From positions 9,530,761 to 9,594,760 of the forward strand of contig SMSO01000031.1 in the NCBI GenBank assembly GCA_004764695.1: DNA of 64,000 nucleotides, in the 5' to 3' direction. This document shows positions 46,295-57,831 of the stretch, piece by piece; position 1 is the first letter of the stretch, and every line of letters starts with the position of its first letter. The notes under the pieces were generated by a model. That model made no database searches, was not told the DNA's origin, and worked only from the letters and a program-made list of their open reading frames with translations. Source of the DNA: Schizochytrium sp. TIO01. Taxonomy: Eukaryota > Protista > Bigyra: Labyrinthulomycetes. Position numbers and translations under genes: made by a program.

Positions 46295-49200
46295 TGCTTT
46301 TCCAAAAGCAAACTTCCGCGAGGTTTTCTTTGGAGACTTAAGCTCATCTGCGGAATGGATCGACCCGAGCAAAGAAGAACAAACAAGAAAACCTTTGACC
46401 ATGAATGGCCTTTTCTTGATGGCGTATGAAATTGAAAAAAACAATCTATGCTAGTGCCGGGGCGCTTAAGACACGCGGCATTGCGATCAAAGGCCTCCGT
46501 CGAGTGAAAGTAGACTACAATGACACAAATGTGATATACATGCACACACGCACGCACATCTGCTCGAAATGGAAATGGAAATCGAAATGGGATTGAATAA
46601 ACTTGCGCATAAAATCTAGCTAGAAAATGAAAAGTGAACTCGTGCCTTCTGTAGTTCTGCGGGATCGTGAAAGGGATTCATTCTCCAGGTTTGTCCATTT
46701 CATCCGCAGCGACGGCTGTCGGTGGACTGCGGAATCTTGAAAGGCCGCGGCAGAACAGAAGCGGCCACTCACTTACTCACTCACTCACTCACTCACTCAC
46801 TGCCTTGGTGGTAGAGTCACCCAGCTAGTTGCTTTGACGGGGTCTTCCATGAACCTGCAGAGATTGGCTCAAGCCGCGACCTGCGTTTCATGAAATTGTC
46901 GCAATGCGCCCTTTCGCCATTCATTATACAGTGGCTTTCATGCAGGTGGCCGAGGGCGAAATGAAAGGCGGCGCGAGCTGTCTTTTGCTCGGGAGGACGT
47001 AGAGACGGCTACGCGCCAGCAGATTTCATCCGTGTATATTGCTGATGGGCGAAAGAAACTCAGACGGCAAGGAAGTAAGTAAGTAAGTAAGTAAGTAAGT
47101 ATATAAGTAAGTAAGCACTATTTGTCAGGCGCGTGATTTGGGCGACAGGAATCGAATTGGACCACGAACGAGAATTCTGGCTGAGGCTAATTTCACGCCT
47201 TGAGGAAACTTAGTTAAAAGTGCAGAGGATAAAACATCCTTTGGCTGAAGACTCAGGTCTGCATTGCCTCAATATGACCAAATTTGACTCACTGGAAGTC
47301 AGATTATAAAGAATCGGGGAGGCATGCTGGAATTATTAGCCAATTGCGTTATGAGCAACAAGGTGGAAATAGCTGGCAGGCATGTCGAGTAGAAATCCAA
47401 TTCCTCCGTTCTCCGTTTTTCTTTTTTTGTTTTTGTCAAATGTTGCTGTTGAAATCTCCAAACTTAGTAGTAGTAGATCTGCAGGATCTTTTGCAGACAA
47501 AATAAAATGAGTAGATTTCTGAGACACCACCTTAGTGGAGAATCCAGAAACATAGTCCACTCAAATCTCCAAATATTTTAAGTTAAATGTTTAATGTTTA
47601 ATGCATTCCTAGAAATATAGAAGGTTGGTCGTCTGGCTTTACTTCACCTTTGCCGCAGAACTTGTTGCTGCAAATCATTGCTCAATTTCACCATTTCTCA
47701 TCTCGAATTTCTTTGCAGCGTTCTTTCCCGTGCGTACGGGAGGGCCAGGGCCCCAGCTTGCGTGAATGGCGGAGAAAGCTTGGTTTAAGCACCGACAATG
47801 CCTCGTGCATTAGACTGCCGGAAGACATGATGACGAAGCATGCCTGCCTAGCTAGCTAGTCGCTCATAATCATGCACAGATAGATGAAAAGCTGTGAGGG
47901 CCTTCAGGTGGGTAGCTTGGCACCGCATCGACGATTCCAACTATCTTGTCGATGAATGTTACATGTGAAAACCTAATTTTGCTTTAGCCCAATGTGCAAA
48001 TGTCCCCTTTTACTCGGCATCTGAGAGAGAGAGACTCCATCCCTCTATCTGATTGAGTGGTGCGAAACTCTAAGAAAAGTTCTGAAAAGGATATCATAAG
48101 AAGAAACGCGGGCTCTGAAGGAAGTACAAGCAAAAATTACAGAACGATACATATTGTATTTTATTCATTCCAGTACGTCTTGCTTGGTATGGTGATTCTT
48201 GATTCTTCATGGTTCCCGATATCAACTTAGGTGCCTGCCACTAAATTCTCTGACAAGTGTGACGGCAGATCACGGTTCGGGTGCAATCTCGCAGACATAA
48301 ACCATAGTGTCGCGTCGAAGGGGCTTACTTGAGGCTGTCCCGCGAGAGATTCGAAGCAGTTGACGAAAGAAACCAGTTTTCCTGAAAGAGGCAATCTTCT
48401 CTGAGGCAGCCATGGTAGCGATCACAATACATCATGTCTGTATATTTATTAATTCTCCTCTCCAATTTCCTTCCTAACACAGAAGAGGTGTCTATTTTAG
48501 AAAGTACTGTGCTATAGTAGGAAGAAGAGGCGAACGGTTGCTGCCTTTTTCTTTTTCTTTTTCTTTTCCTTTTTCAATAAATTAAAAAACAAATTAAAAA
48601 ATAACTTTAATTTTTGTGAATGAAAAATAAAAACGATCATTATCAGTCAATTCTCTGTTTTGGCTTGTTGGGATGGAAATCGAAATGGCTGCGATGAAGA
48701 TGGCCACGATGCCCAACAATGTCTTTGCGCTAAGTACGGCGCGAGCGAGTGAAGATCGCAAGGTCACTCGATTATAGCTTGCAGAAGGTTTGCCCGGAGA
48801 GTGAGTGCCAAGCAAGCAAGTTTTTAGCCAGTATTTTATGTTACGCGTGCGAACAACTAACTTCATGGCGAATGGAATGGCTGATGGAGAATGGAGGCAC
48901 CTCGATACTCCGCGACCACATGATATTGGAGCCCAACTCTTTTCCAAATTTTGGCAATGGGTAACTTGCAAAGTGCAAACAGCACGTGCGACGAGAAGCA
49001 GCTTTCGAGAGTGCTTAGCAAGAGCGCGAGGCCAGGTCTAGCCACAGCTCCAAAACGAGTTCGTCGCGCTCGTGCTCGTGCTGGTGCTGCTCCCTCCTGT
49101 TGGATGGCTGATGCGTAGTTGGTAGGAGCATTGGAAGGATAGTACACAGAAGCTTTCTGGTTACGAGTTGCCGTTGCCTTACCTGAAGCTGGAAAGCCGC

Positions 49201-51050
49201 GACCTTGCTCAAGTTCGCAGCCTGTGCAAGAATCTTGAAATCGACCTGGCTGCCAGTCCCTGCCGGCGAATGTGCTTGCGGGTTGAAGTCAAACCCAGAG
49301 CCTTGGCCAAGCTCGACAGTCGAGAGTGCACGCCTCGTCCCGCTCGCTCACCCACGCGATCGATCGCCGGCGAAGTTGTGCGTCCATGATTCTGCAGAAA
49401 CTTGTAAAATGTGCCAGAAAACTCTAGGGCTAGCTGAAAAGACACCTAGCTAGCCTTCCCGGGCCGCGCATGGCGGAGCAGGGCAGGACCGTGAAACCTC
49501 CCGTCGCCTGGTCTGCCATGAGAGCAGATCCACGGTTACCGGGAATGGTCTGCGACGATTTTCCGCTGTAATCCCTCGGAATGGCAGGTTCTCAGGCTTA
49601 CAAAGGAGGCGCAACAATGGCTGTGGATCAAGTCGAATTCCTGATTGTAGCAAGCCGGGTGCGCATGCCTTGGGCCAGATCCTTTGCTCTCTCGGGGAGT
49701 GGGAAGGGATCGACCCCAAGGCTCGCGACGTTGGCGATTTGAGTCATCTATGGACCTACCCGTCTGCTAGGAGCACTCGAAGAGACGCGGAGCGAAACCA
49801 CACAACTTTCTTCCTGAGCGACCCTAGCCGAGAGCCGTGTAAGCGTGCTGCCTGATGCAAAGGATCGTCTGCAGTTTGGACACGGGACGCTAGAGCAGAG
49901 TGCTGTGGATGGCGCGTGCTTTGAATGATGCAGCGATGAATCGATGCATCGATGGCCCATCCATTCCTATCTGTTTGGGAACTTTAGAACTTGCCAAGGT
50001 GATATTGGGCCATTTACATTGCGTGAACGTTGCAGCTCTTGAAGCAAGTGTCTAGTAGCTCCTGCTCATATGGCTCAGCACAAGGCGCGACCATTGGTTT
50101 AGTCTTACAGAGAACTACGCAAGCAATCGAGAGAGGACCTTGAAGACCACTATAAGAGCATGGGGCTGGCCGAGGTTGTACGTAGAAAGCCACCTGAAGG
50201 GTCCGCGATATCCTCGAGATTAGAAGGGTAACGGTGTATGAATCACCCAGCAGAGGCCTCGTGAAGAATGGTTTTGCCTTCGTCAGGCAATCTCACGCAC
50301 TAATGACTACAATGAAACAGAGGAAGGATCGCTCGAAAGTAGAAGAAGAAATGAATGAATATCAGACGTTATCCGAGCACAAGAAGGCAGAAACGAGGGG
50401 AAAGGGTGAAGGAACTCAAAATGGGACAAGGCAAGCTCTGACTTGAGTTGAAAACTTGCAAAAGGCTCTGCGTGTTCAAGGACTATGGAACATGGATAGG
50501 AGAACTATATTGTAGAAACGAAGAACGTCGGGCAAAGCATCTTTGGCACCCCTCGCCATATAATATGACAAGGGTGCTATTTAATCATTACTTGTACTAG
50601 TAGTTGTGTGTGTATGGTATGTATGGTATGTATATGTGCGGTTGGGTGCGAATGTTGGAGTTGGGACTGGACAGAGCAAAGCCGAGGGAATGGGACATGC
50701 TTCTTGAATTCGAGAGTGCGTAGAGGTATAATTGATACGGTCCCCACTCATAATGGTGGTGGCAGAATCAAGCACCGTACCTGCTGTTATTTTTAATCTA
50801 AACATTATTACTACTTGTGAACACCGCTGCCCTTCTTCCGCATAGTAATACTACAATGAACAAACTGGTTTGAAAGAAAAGAGCAGAATAAGTAGGTAAA
50901 GTAACTCTACAAAGGGCAAGGGAGGTCTTGGGCCATGATGGGTAAACGTTCTACGTTGCACCCGAAAGACCAACAGGATGAGTGTTTTTGCTTTTCCTCT
51001 TCGCCTCGTCAAGGAGAAAGTGATGTACAAAATTTCCGGTCATTGACATA

Positions 51051-51508
51051 TCAGGAGAACGCATGCCTGGTCCGGGCCTCGTTGGGTTGTTGTGGAGTTG
51101 AAGAGGTCCAGTTGCGTTGGGAGAACTCAATTTGATTCAAGACATTCTGCACTGCATTGCGAACATCATTCGGGTTACCCACGCCGGCATCTTGGAGAGC
51201 GTAGAGCGCATTTGTCTGATTCTGGCATCGCTCCATAGCCTGCTGCATCTGCTGCAGGATCTCAAATCTGTTATGTGAAGATAGCATCATAGATAATTGT
51301 GCGTAACTTGAGTCCTCGAGCCCTGGAGACCCGGGCGAGATTCCTCGACCAACTTGAGAAGGGATGATGGAAGACAGAGACATTGGCATGTTGGAGAATG
51401 GGAGAGACAGACCTCCTGACATCATCATAGGTATTTGAGAATTGGTCTTGCTGTTGGTGATTTTGTTCTTGAAGAACCATTTGATGTCGTTGCTGTTGTT
51501 GTTGTTGT

Positions 51509-51540
<32 letters not shown>

Positions 51541-52572
51541 CTGTTGCTGCTGCTGTTGTATACTCCTAAATAATTCAGGTTCAGTTTTAGCAGAAGTAGA
51601 AAAACACTGAAACTCAGAGCGAGCCGCTTTCTTGGGCTTGCCAAAGTCGTCATCAAGGTGCTGTGTCACGTCGGACCACCGCTTATGTGATGCTGGCAAC
51701 GGACTTTGTGAGCCTACATCATACTCAAGCGAAAGGCGATCCCTTTGTAAGGGTGACTTGAAAATAACACTGGAGAGATCCAAGTTAAGTTTGGTACTAG
51801 CAGTATCCTGTGGGAACACAACATCCGGTACGACGAATGCAGCATCCCGAAACTTGCCAGGGCTTCCGTTCACAGGGACTCTTATTTTGTCAGCCGGATC
51901 CGTGGTTTCGTCGCAGTCGACGTAATAATTGAGCTTTCTCCTCCGAGAGTTTTTGCCGACATTATGAAAACACATAGGCCTAAAGTGCGTGTAGCAAAGG
52001 ACCCTGTTTCGCGGCGGCAGGCTCGCAATATCCTCCTCCGAAATACCTAAATGATCCAACCAGCGCTTTCGTTTGTCCTTACCGTACCTTGTCAATCCTC
52101 CTTTGGGCAGGTATAATCTCAATCCGTACAGAACGTGTTCTGGCCCATCGCTACGCTCTGCAGCTCTGCATCTGCCGCCGCTCCTCGAAGGGACCCTCTC
52201 GCAGAGACATTGCGCCAAATTTGTCGTCGCCAGGTTTCCAGAAGATGTTGGTGTCAAAGTAGCAGTTGATGTTGTTGGTGCCGCAGAAACTTTCGTAGAC
52301 GAGTCTGCAAGGTGCTCTTGCGAGCCCAAACTCGTTGCTGGCGTCAAAGAGAACGAAGATCCAAGTTTTTCCAAGTTTGAGCTCGAGTCTGGGTTCAACA
52401 CCGTCGTTAGTTTCCTGCCAGGGTTTGAGTTCTCAGACTTGGGCTCCACAAACACTTGAGACGTCGTCGTCACGTCAGTATCAGAACCGTGTCTTGGACC
52501 AAACCTCGCAATCGCGTTGAGCGCCGACGCCGCCGCAGCTTCGTCCGCGGTCGACGCGTCGCGTATGTTCAT
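51051..52572 (-). CDS. THAP-like C2CH zinc-finger protein with a polyQ tract (putative transcription factor); probable frameshift near 51430-51480
   Basis: The sequence CLC...C...LP...KRKRWLDHLG...VLCYTHF...FVVPDVVF follows the THAP C-C-P-W-CxxHF-AVP order. A long Q run is at ~51491-51559. A protein-like tail (SQIPMMMSGG...FEILQQMQQAMERCQNQ...) continues in the +1 frame to 51051. Confidence 0.65.
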
Positions 52573-53337
52573 ACCCTCGTTCGCTCGAAGGTCTAGAGGT
52601 ATCTTCGGGCTCGTAATCCACCTGATCCTGCGTAATCCGTCTCCAATCCCGAGCTGTGAACCGTTCTACAGGCCCTCCAAACGTCCAGGTCGAAGCCGGG
52701 GTAACCCCAATCGCTCAAGGCCACCGCGTTGCCGTTTTCCAGCGGGTTTTGCGGCTTTTGAAGAGTGATTAGAGCGGATTATACTCTCAAATCTGGCCTA
52801 AGACGCAGCGTCCCGGCCTCTCGGTACGGTCCTTACCGCGTCTCGGAGCCAATTCTGAGCGGATTTGCGCCAAACCTTCGCTGCTCGATCGAGGAAATAC
52901 CGCCCGACACGCCAGAGTCAACGCCAAACTTCATCGCACGCCACGCGGCGACTTATCGCGCTGCGTCCCGGGGCCGCTTCCCGATCTCGATTTGCCCTCC
53001 GGCCTTCTCAGGCTGGTTCCTCTTTCCCTCTATTTTGCCCGCAGCCGCGTTCTCTTCGCGTTCCAACCTTTCACAAATACTATTTGCGATAATATCAACC
53101 CGCAGGGCCGTTCTCCCGTCCGTTCTTTTGAGGGGAATATGGCATAACTAGTATACGAATCGTCGGAGTGCGTTCCGTTCTTTCGTTGCAGCGGCCGGGC
53201 AAGGGTGCCGGCCTTGTTCCTTAGGGGTTCCGTACGTAGAAGATGGTGATCTAGGAGTTCCAGGAGTTCCAGGAGTTCCAGGAATTCGAGTCGAGGCAGC
53301 GGTGGTTAGTGCTTTGCGGACTTGATGGAGTTAATAA

Positions 53338-53422
53338 CTAAGAAGAATTGCAATGGATTCACAACGAACAATGCTTGCTAAGAAGAATTGCAATGAATCC
53401 ACAACGAATAATGCTTGCTAAG
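53338..53422. repeat. 40-bp tandem duplication in the THAP/SSRP1 divergent intergenic region
   Basis: ctaagaagaattgcaatggattcacaacgaacaatgcttg followed by ctaagaagaattgcaatgaatccacaacgaataatgcttg (3 mismatches). Confidence 0.9.
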
Positions 53423-54189
53423 CTTGCGTGTTCCCAGCTTGGATATGCTTTATAGAGACTTGTAGAAACAGTGTCCGTGATTTTCTGCGGAATGCAGCAC
53501 GGATTTGGATTTGCGGGTTTGGGCAGACGCTCCTCTTAGTTAGTATAATATTTTAGAACTATTTTATTTATGTAGTAAGTAAGCAAGGGCCCTATAAATA
53601 AGTAGTCCCGTGATAAAGCCCTGAGGCGCGAGGTATTGTGTGTATTAGTATGCTAATTGCTCCCCAGAGTGATTTGGTTTCTTTTGCTTCCCTCTTTCAT
53701 AATGAGCAAGTAAGTGAAGATCAGTGGAGAAAGCTGGCTACTGAGTCAACCTAAAGATGGTGGGTTCGTGAGAGCGATGCGATCTTTTGCGTAAGGTTTG
53801 GGGAGTTTGCTGTCAGATGCCTTGAAAAAACCATTGATCTCCGAACTTGTGATTACGTGCTATCGTTGCTGCTTTACATTGTGGTACTATGATGGATGTA
53901 TAATATTATGATCAATAAAACTCGCCGTTAGGTTGTGCGCGCGGCGACACGACCGCTCGTTTTGAATGGATCATTATAGATGAAGATCAATGATGAATCA
54001 GCCGCGCGCGCTCTGCCTCGGCCGCTCGAGCTCGCTCTGGGGGCGCTGCTGCTCGCTATCCCGCACGCTAGGTGTCACCTAGACGCCCAACGCCCCTTCC
54101 ACGCTGGCTGGTCCGCTGCACTGCGGCTAGAGGAAAACTCATCCTCGCATCCGAAGACTTGGCTTCGTTCACTCTCGCTCTCTCGCGCC

Positions 54190-54200
54190 ATATATAAATA
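54190..54200 (+). promoter_or_regulatory. Candidate TATA box upstream of SSRP1
   Basis: TATATAAATA sits at the edge of a GC-rich block about 370 bp upstream of the SSRP1 ATG. This is a motif match only. Confidence 0.35.
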
Positions 54201-54392
54201 AATATACATAACTGGAGAGCGTGGATCTCGATCAAACCTGATTGGAGGGTGCCGATCCTTATTTTGGGCTGGCAGTGGTTTTTGTCAACTTCTTTCACTC
54301 GCGGTGTCGAAGAAGTTTGACTTCTTTGTTTGACTTCAATAGATCGAACCCTCGGCAGTTAGTTCCTTACGAGCAGGTTGGTCGTGATCTTG

Positions 54393-54494
54393 GTGAGGAT
54401 CTCGATCTGATCCTGATCTGATTTGATCTAATTTGATCTGATTCGTAGCACTGGATTGACTTGGGTGTCGATCATTGCTCTTTTTCACTCACAG
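54393..54494 (+). other. Candidate 5'-UTR intron of SSRP1
   Basis: GTGAG donor-like site at 54393, internal GATCT repeats, CTAAT/TTGAC branch-like words, and a pyrimidine tract ending CTCTTTTTCACTCACAG at 54494. Confidence 0.35.
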
Positions 54495-54568
54495 CTACAT
54501 TGCTGGTTCTTTGAGATATATTTCTGCGAAGGCAATATTGAGACGGGATAAGATATAACTTCTTCACC

Positions 54569-57223
54569 ATGCCGGAGCGCCACCAGTATAACCACATCGT
54601 GAATACCACGAACTCCCGCGAAGATGGGCACTTCGTGGCAAGTAATGAAGGACTTTTGTGGAGACCTTCTACGAACGAATCTTCTGCGAAACCCGTCGTG
54701 GTCAAATCTGCAGATATCGTTGAGGCCAACTGGACCGTGTGCGGTCGCAACGCAACTCTGCAGGTCTTTATGGGCAAAGAGAACGACGATGATGAAGACG
54801 AAGACGAGGAGGAGGTCGAGGGCGAGGACAAGGATAATGATAAGGAGAAGGACACTGTGAACAAGAAGAAGGAGAATAAGCCTGCCTACGAGCGCTTCGA
54901 TGGTTTCCGCCGCGGCGACTACGAAACGATCTCGCGCATGTTTGCAGAGTACTATAACGTCAAGGAGCTCCCAAAGTTGCGTCTGAGCTCTGCTGGTATC
55001 AACGCTGGAGCACTTGAGGTCGATAACACCCGCAAGGCTATCACTCTCAAGTACCAAAACCGCCTTGCAATGGACATTCCTCTGCAAAACCTTTCGCAGT
55101 GTGCCGCGCCCTCCAAGAATGAGGTTGAACTCCAGTTCGAAAATGATGACACAGGCAAGCGCGAAGATGAAGTCCTCATTGAGATGAAGCTTTATGTACC
55201 GCCCGACGAGCATGGAGAGGACCTTAACGAGGCATTGCAGCAGGAAATTGTTGCGGCTTCCGGTATTCAACGCATGTCTGGTGGTGACTTCATCTGCCGC
55301 TTCTCTGAAGAAATTGGCGCCTTTCTCAGTCCTCGTGGTCGTTACGAGGTGGAGATGCATACGAAGTTCTTCCGCATGACTGGTCGTACATACGACTACA
55401 CTATCATGTACAAGCACATCACTCGCATGTTTCTGCTGCCGCGCCCTGAAAACCAATCTTCGTGCTTTGTGATTTCTCTCTCAGACCCTGTGAGCCAAGG
55501 TAAGGTTCGCCACCGGCACCTTGTTATGCAACTTGAGCGTCGCGATGAGGAGATTCACTTGAGTATGAGCAAGGAGGAGCTTAAGGAGAAATACGACAAT
55601 AACCTTCAGGAAATCATGACTGGAAATCTCCCTGATATCGTCGCCAAGATTTTCAAATACCTTGCTGGCAAGAAGTGCTTCGTTCCTGGCAACTTCACCT
55701 CGTCCACAGAAGCAAAATGTGTCAAGTGCTCCCTTGGAACCTCCAACGGACTGCTCTATCCTCTTCAAAGGGCATTCTTCTTCATCCACAAACCCGCAAC
55801 TTATTTCCGCTATGAAGATATCGACGTCATTGACTTCCAGCGCACTGGAAGCTCGGGAGCGGGTGCAGTGACGAGAGGATTTGATATGCAGGTGACATTG
55901 AGATCCATCGCAGGACAGCCTCCTCAAACACATTTGTTCAACCACATTGATAAACGTGACTACGCCCCGCTCTTCAACTTTTTGAGCAATAAGGGAATCC
56001 GTATCAAGGACTTGAAGCAGGCCGCAGCTGATGCCGATGAAGGTAACGACCAGAGCATCATGGCACAGCTCGGTGGAGACGAATCGGGATCTGAAGATGA
56101 AGATTTTCAGAGCGATGACGAACAACACGACTCGGACTCGGACTCAGACTCGGATGATGTCAGCCTGGCTTCAGATGATGGACTTAATGGAAATCTCGAT
56201 GATGGCGGTGATGATGACGAAGACGAGGAGGAAGGCGGAAAGCGGAAACGTAGGAGCCGCGGTGACCAGAAGGAGAAGAAGGAAAAGAAGGAAAAGAAGG
56301 AGAAGGACACTAAGCGGTCTCGGAAATCTTCTGATGCAGACGTATCTTCTACCAAGGCGAGCAAACAAAAGAGCAACGAGAAACCGACTGCAGCCAAGAA
56401 GAAGAAGAAGAAGCGTGACCCGAACGCACCAGCACAACCCAAGTCTTCATACATGCACTTTAGCGCTGCCTTGCGTGCAGAACAAGGTAACATGGATATG
56501 GCGGAGATTGCATCCAAGTGGAAGGCTATCAGCGATACAGACAAGGAGAAATACGAACGCCTTGCCAAGAAGGACAAAGAACGTTACGCCGAGGAAATGG
56601 CAGCGTACAAGCCGCCTGCTGGATACAATGCCAAGGGTATGGAGATCGACGACGGAGAGGATGACGCTGCGGGTGATGCAGATACCAAGACCAAAAAGAA
56701 GAAGGTCGTGCGTGACCCTAATGCTCCGAAAAGGGCACAATCTGGATACATGTTCTTTAGCGCTCACTTTCGCGAACAAGCTAAAGAAGGAGAGAAGGTC
56801 ACAATGAATGATATTGCAGAAAAGTGGAAGGGTCTCTCTGCTGAAGAGAAGGCTCCCTTTGAAGAGAAGGCGGCCAAGGATAAGGAGCGTTACACTGAGG
56901 AAATGACTGCTTATAAGGACAAGGTCAAGGCTGAAGGCGGAGACCCTGAGAAGTCCTCTTCCCCAGCTAAGAAGCAGAAGAAGAAGCCTGCTGCGGTCAA
57001 GTCCGAAGATTCCAAGAAGGAAAAGCAGAAGAAAAAGAAGGAAGAGGCTGAAGTGTCCTCTGACTCCGGCTCTGATTCAGACTCTTCTTCTTCGGGCTCA
57101 GGTTCCTCCTCTGGTTCTGGTTCTGGTTCTGACTCGGGATCTGGTTCTGATTCCGAGTCGGATGACGATGACAAGAAGACTAAGAAGGCTCCTCCCAAGA
57201 AGAAGGTCAAGAAGGAGACCTGA
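54569..57223 (+). CDS. SSRP1: FACT complex subunit SSRP1/Pob3 with two C-terminal HMG boxes
   Basis: Contains SSRP1 motifs RFDGF, LSPRGRYEVEM, GRTYDYTIMYKHITRMFLLP, PVSQGK..H.HLVMQ and GLLYPLQRAFFFIHKP, followed by an acidic tract. Two DPNAP...Y..F...WK...EK..E..A.KDKERY.EEM.AY boxes lie at ~56417-56608 and ~56714-56914. Confidence 0.97.
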   Translation: MPERHQYNHIVNTTNSREDGHFVASNEGLLWRPSTNESSAKPVVVKSADIVEANWTVCGRNATLQVFMGKENDDDEDEDEEEVEGEDKDNDKEKDTVNKKKENKPAYERFDGFRRGDYETISRMFAEYYNVKELPKLRLSSAGINAGALEVDNTRKAITLKYQNRLAMDIPLQNLSQCAAPSKNEVELQFENDDTGKREDEVLIEMKLYVPPDEHGEDLNEALQQEIVAASGIQRMSGGDFICRFSEEIGAFLSPRGRYEVEMHTKFFRMTGRTYDYTIMYKHITRMFLLPRPENQSSCFVISLSDPVSQGKVRHRHLVMQLERRDEEIHLSMSKEELKEKYDNNLQEIMTGNLPDIVAKIFKYLAGKKCFVPGNFTSSTEAKCVKCSLGTSNGLLYPLQRAFFFIHKPATYFRYEDIDVIDFQRTGSSGAGAVTRGFDMQVTLRSIAGQPPQTHLFNHIDKRDYAPLFNFLSNKGIRIKDLKQAAADADEGNDQSIMAQLGGDESGSEDEDFQSDDEQHDSDSDSDSDDVSLASDDGLNGNLDDGGDDDEDEEEGGKRKRRSRGDQKEKKEKKEKKEKDTKRSRKSSDADVSSTKASKQKSNEKPTAAKKKKKKRDPNAPAQPKSSYMHFSAALRAEQGNMDMAEIASKWKAISDTDKEKYERLAKKDKERYAEEMAAYKPPAGYNAKGMEIDDGEDDAAGDADTKTKKKKVVRDPNAPKRAQSGYMFFSAHFREQAKEGEKVTMNDIAEKWKGLSAEEKAPFEEKAAKDKERYTEEMTAYKDKVKAEGGDPEKSSSPAKKQKKKPAAVKSEDSKKEKQKKKKEEAEVSSDSGSDSDSSSSGSGSSSGSGSGSDSGSGSDSESDDDDKKTKKAPPKKKVKKET

Positions 57224-57831
57224 TCAGCGTTGCAACGCGAAAAAGGCGTTTCTTATAATCTCCACTCTTAATTAGTCTTGGCATGCGCTTGCTTGCATTG
57301 AATCAGGAAAAAAGTCAAGTATAGAACTCCCAAGTTTAATTCTGTTATCAAATTGTTGGTAGCGAGCTAGCTAGCTATAAGATATAGCGATCACTTTGCT
57401 TTTGCTGCAGCGGCCATTCGATCGCTATGCAGCCGTAGGGAGTGCGTCGTTATATCTTCTGTTGACTTCTTCGTTTCCCTCGAGGCATACTAAGAGATGA
57501 TCGTATGCTGAAAGGTAGTATTGCGAAGAAAGCCCATTAGTACCAAATTAAAAATACATCTATATCTACTCTTACTGAATTACAATATCACATAAATACG
57601 CAAGTATCTAGTCTTTCCTAATTTGTTTGTCAATATTTCTAGCTTGAGGCTTGCTAAGGCTTGATAAGCATTCTTATTTCGCCTGATTCATCAGCCAAGT
57701 CCTCTAGGTTTGCTTGCCTAGTAGCATTTTAATCTTGTCAAACTCCTCGCTGAAGACTATTCGACTGTAGTTTTGCTCCAGGTTTGCATACATTGAAGGG
57801 TTGCCGGTATTTTACACCTGATTTAAAACTG

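Noticed and set aside
51051-53420. Intact P-element around the THAP gene
   Set aside because: No transposase catalytic domain, terminal inverted repeats or target-site duplication is visible.
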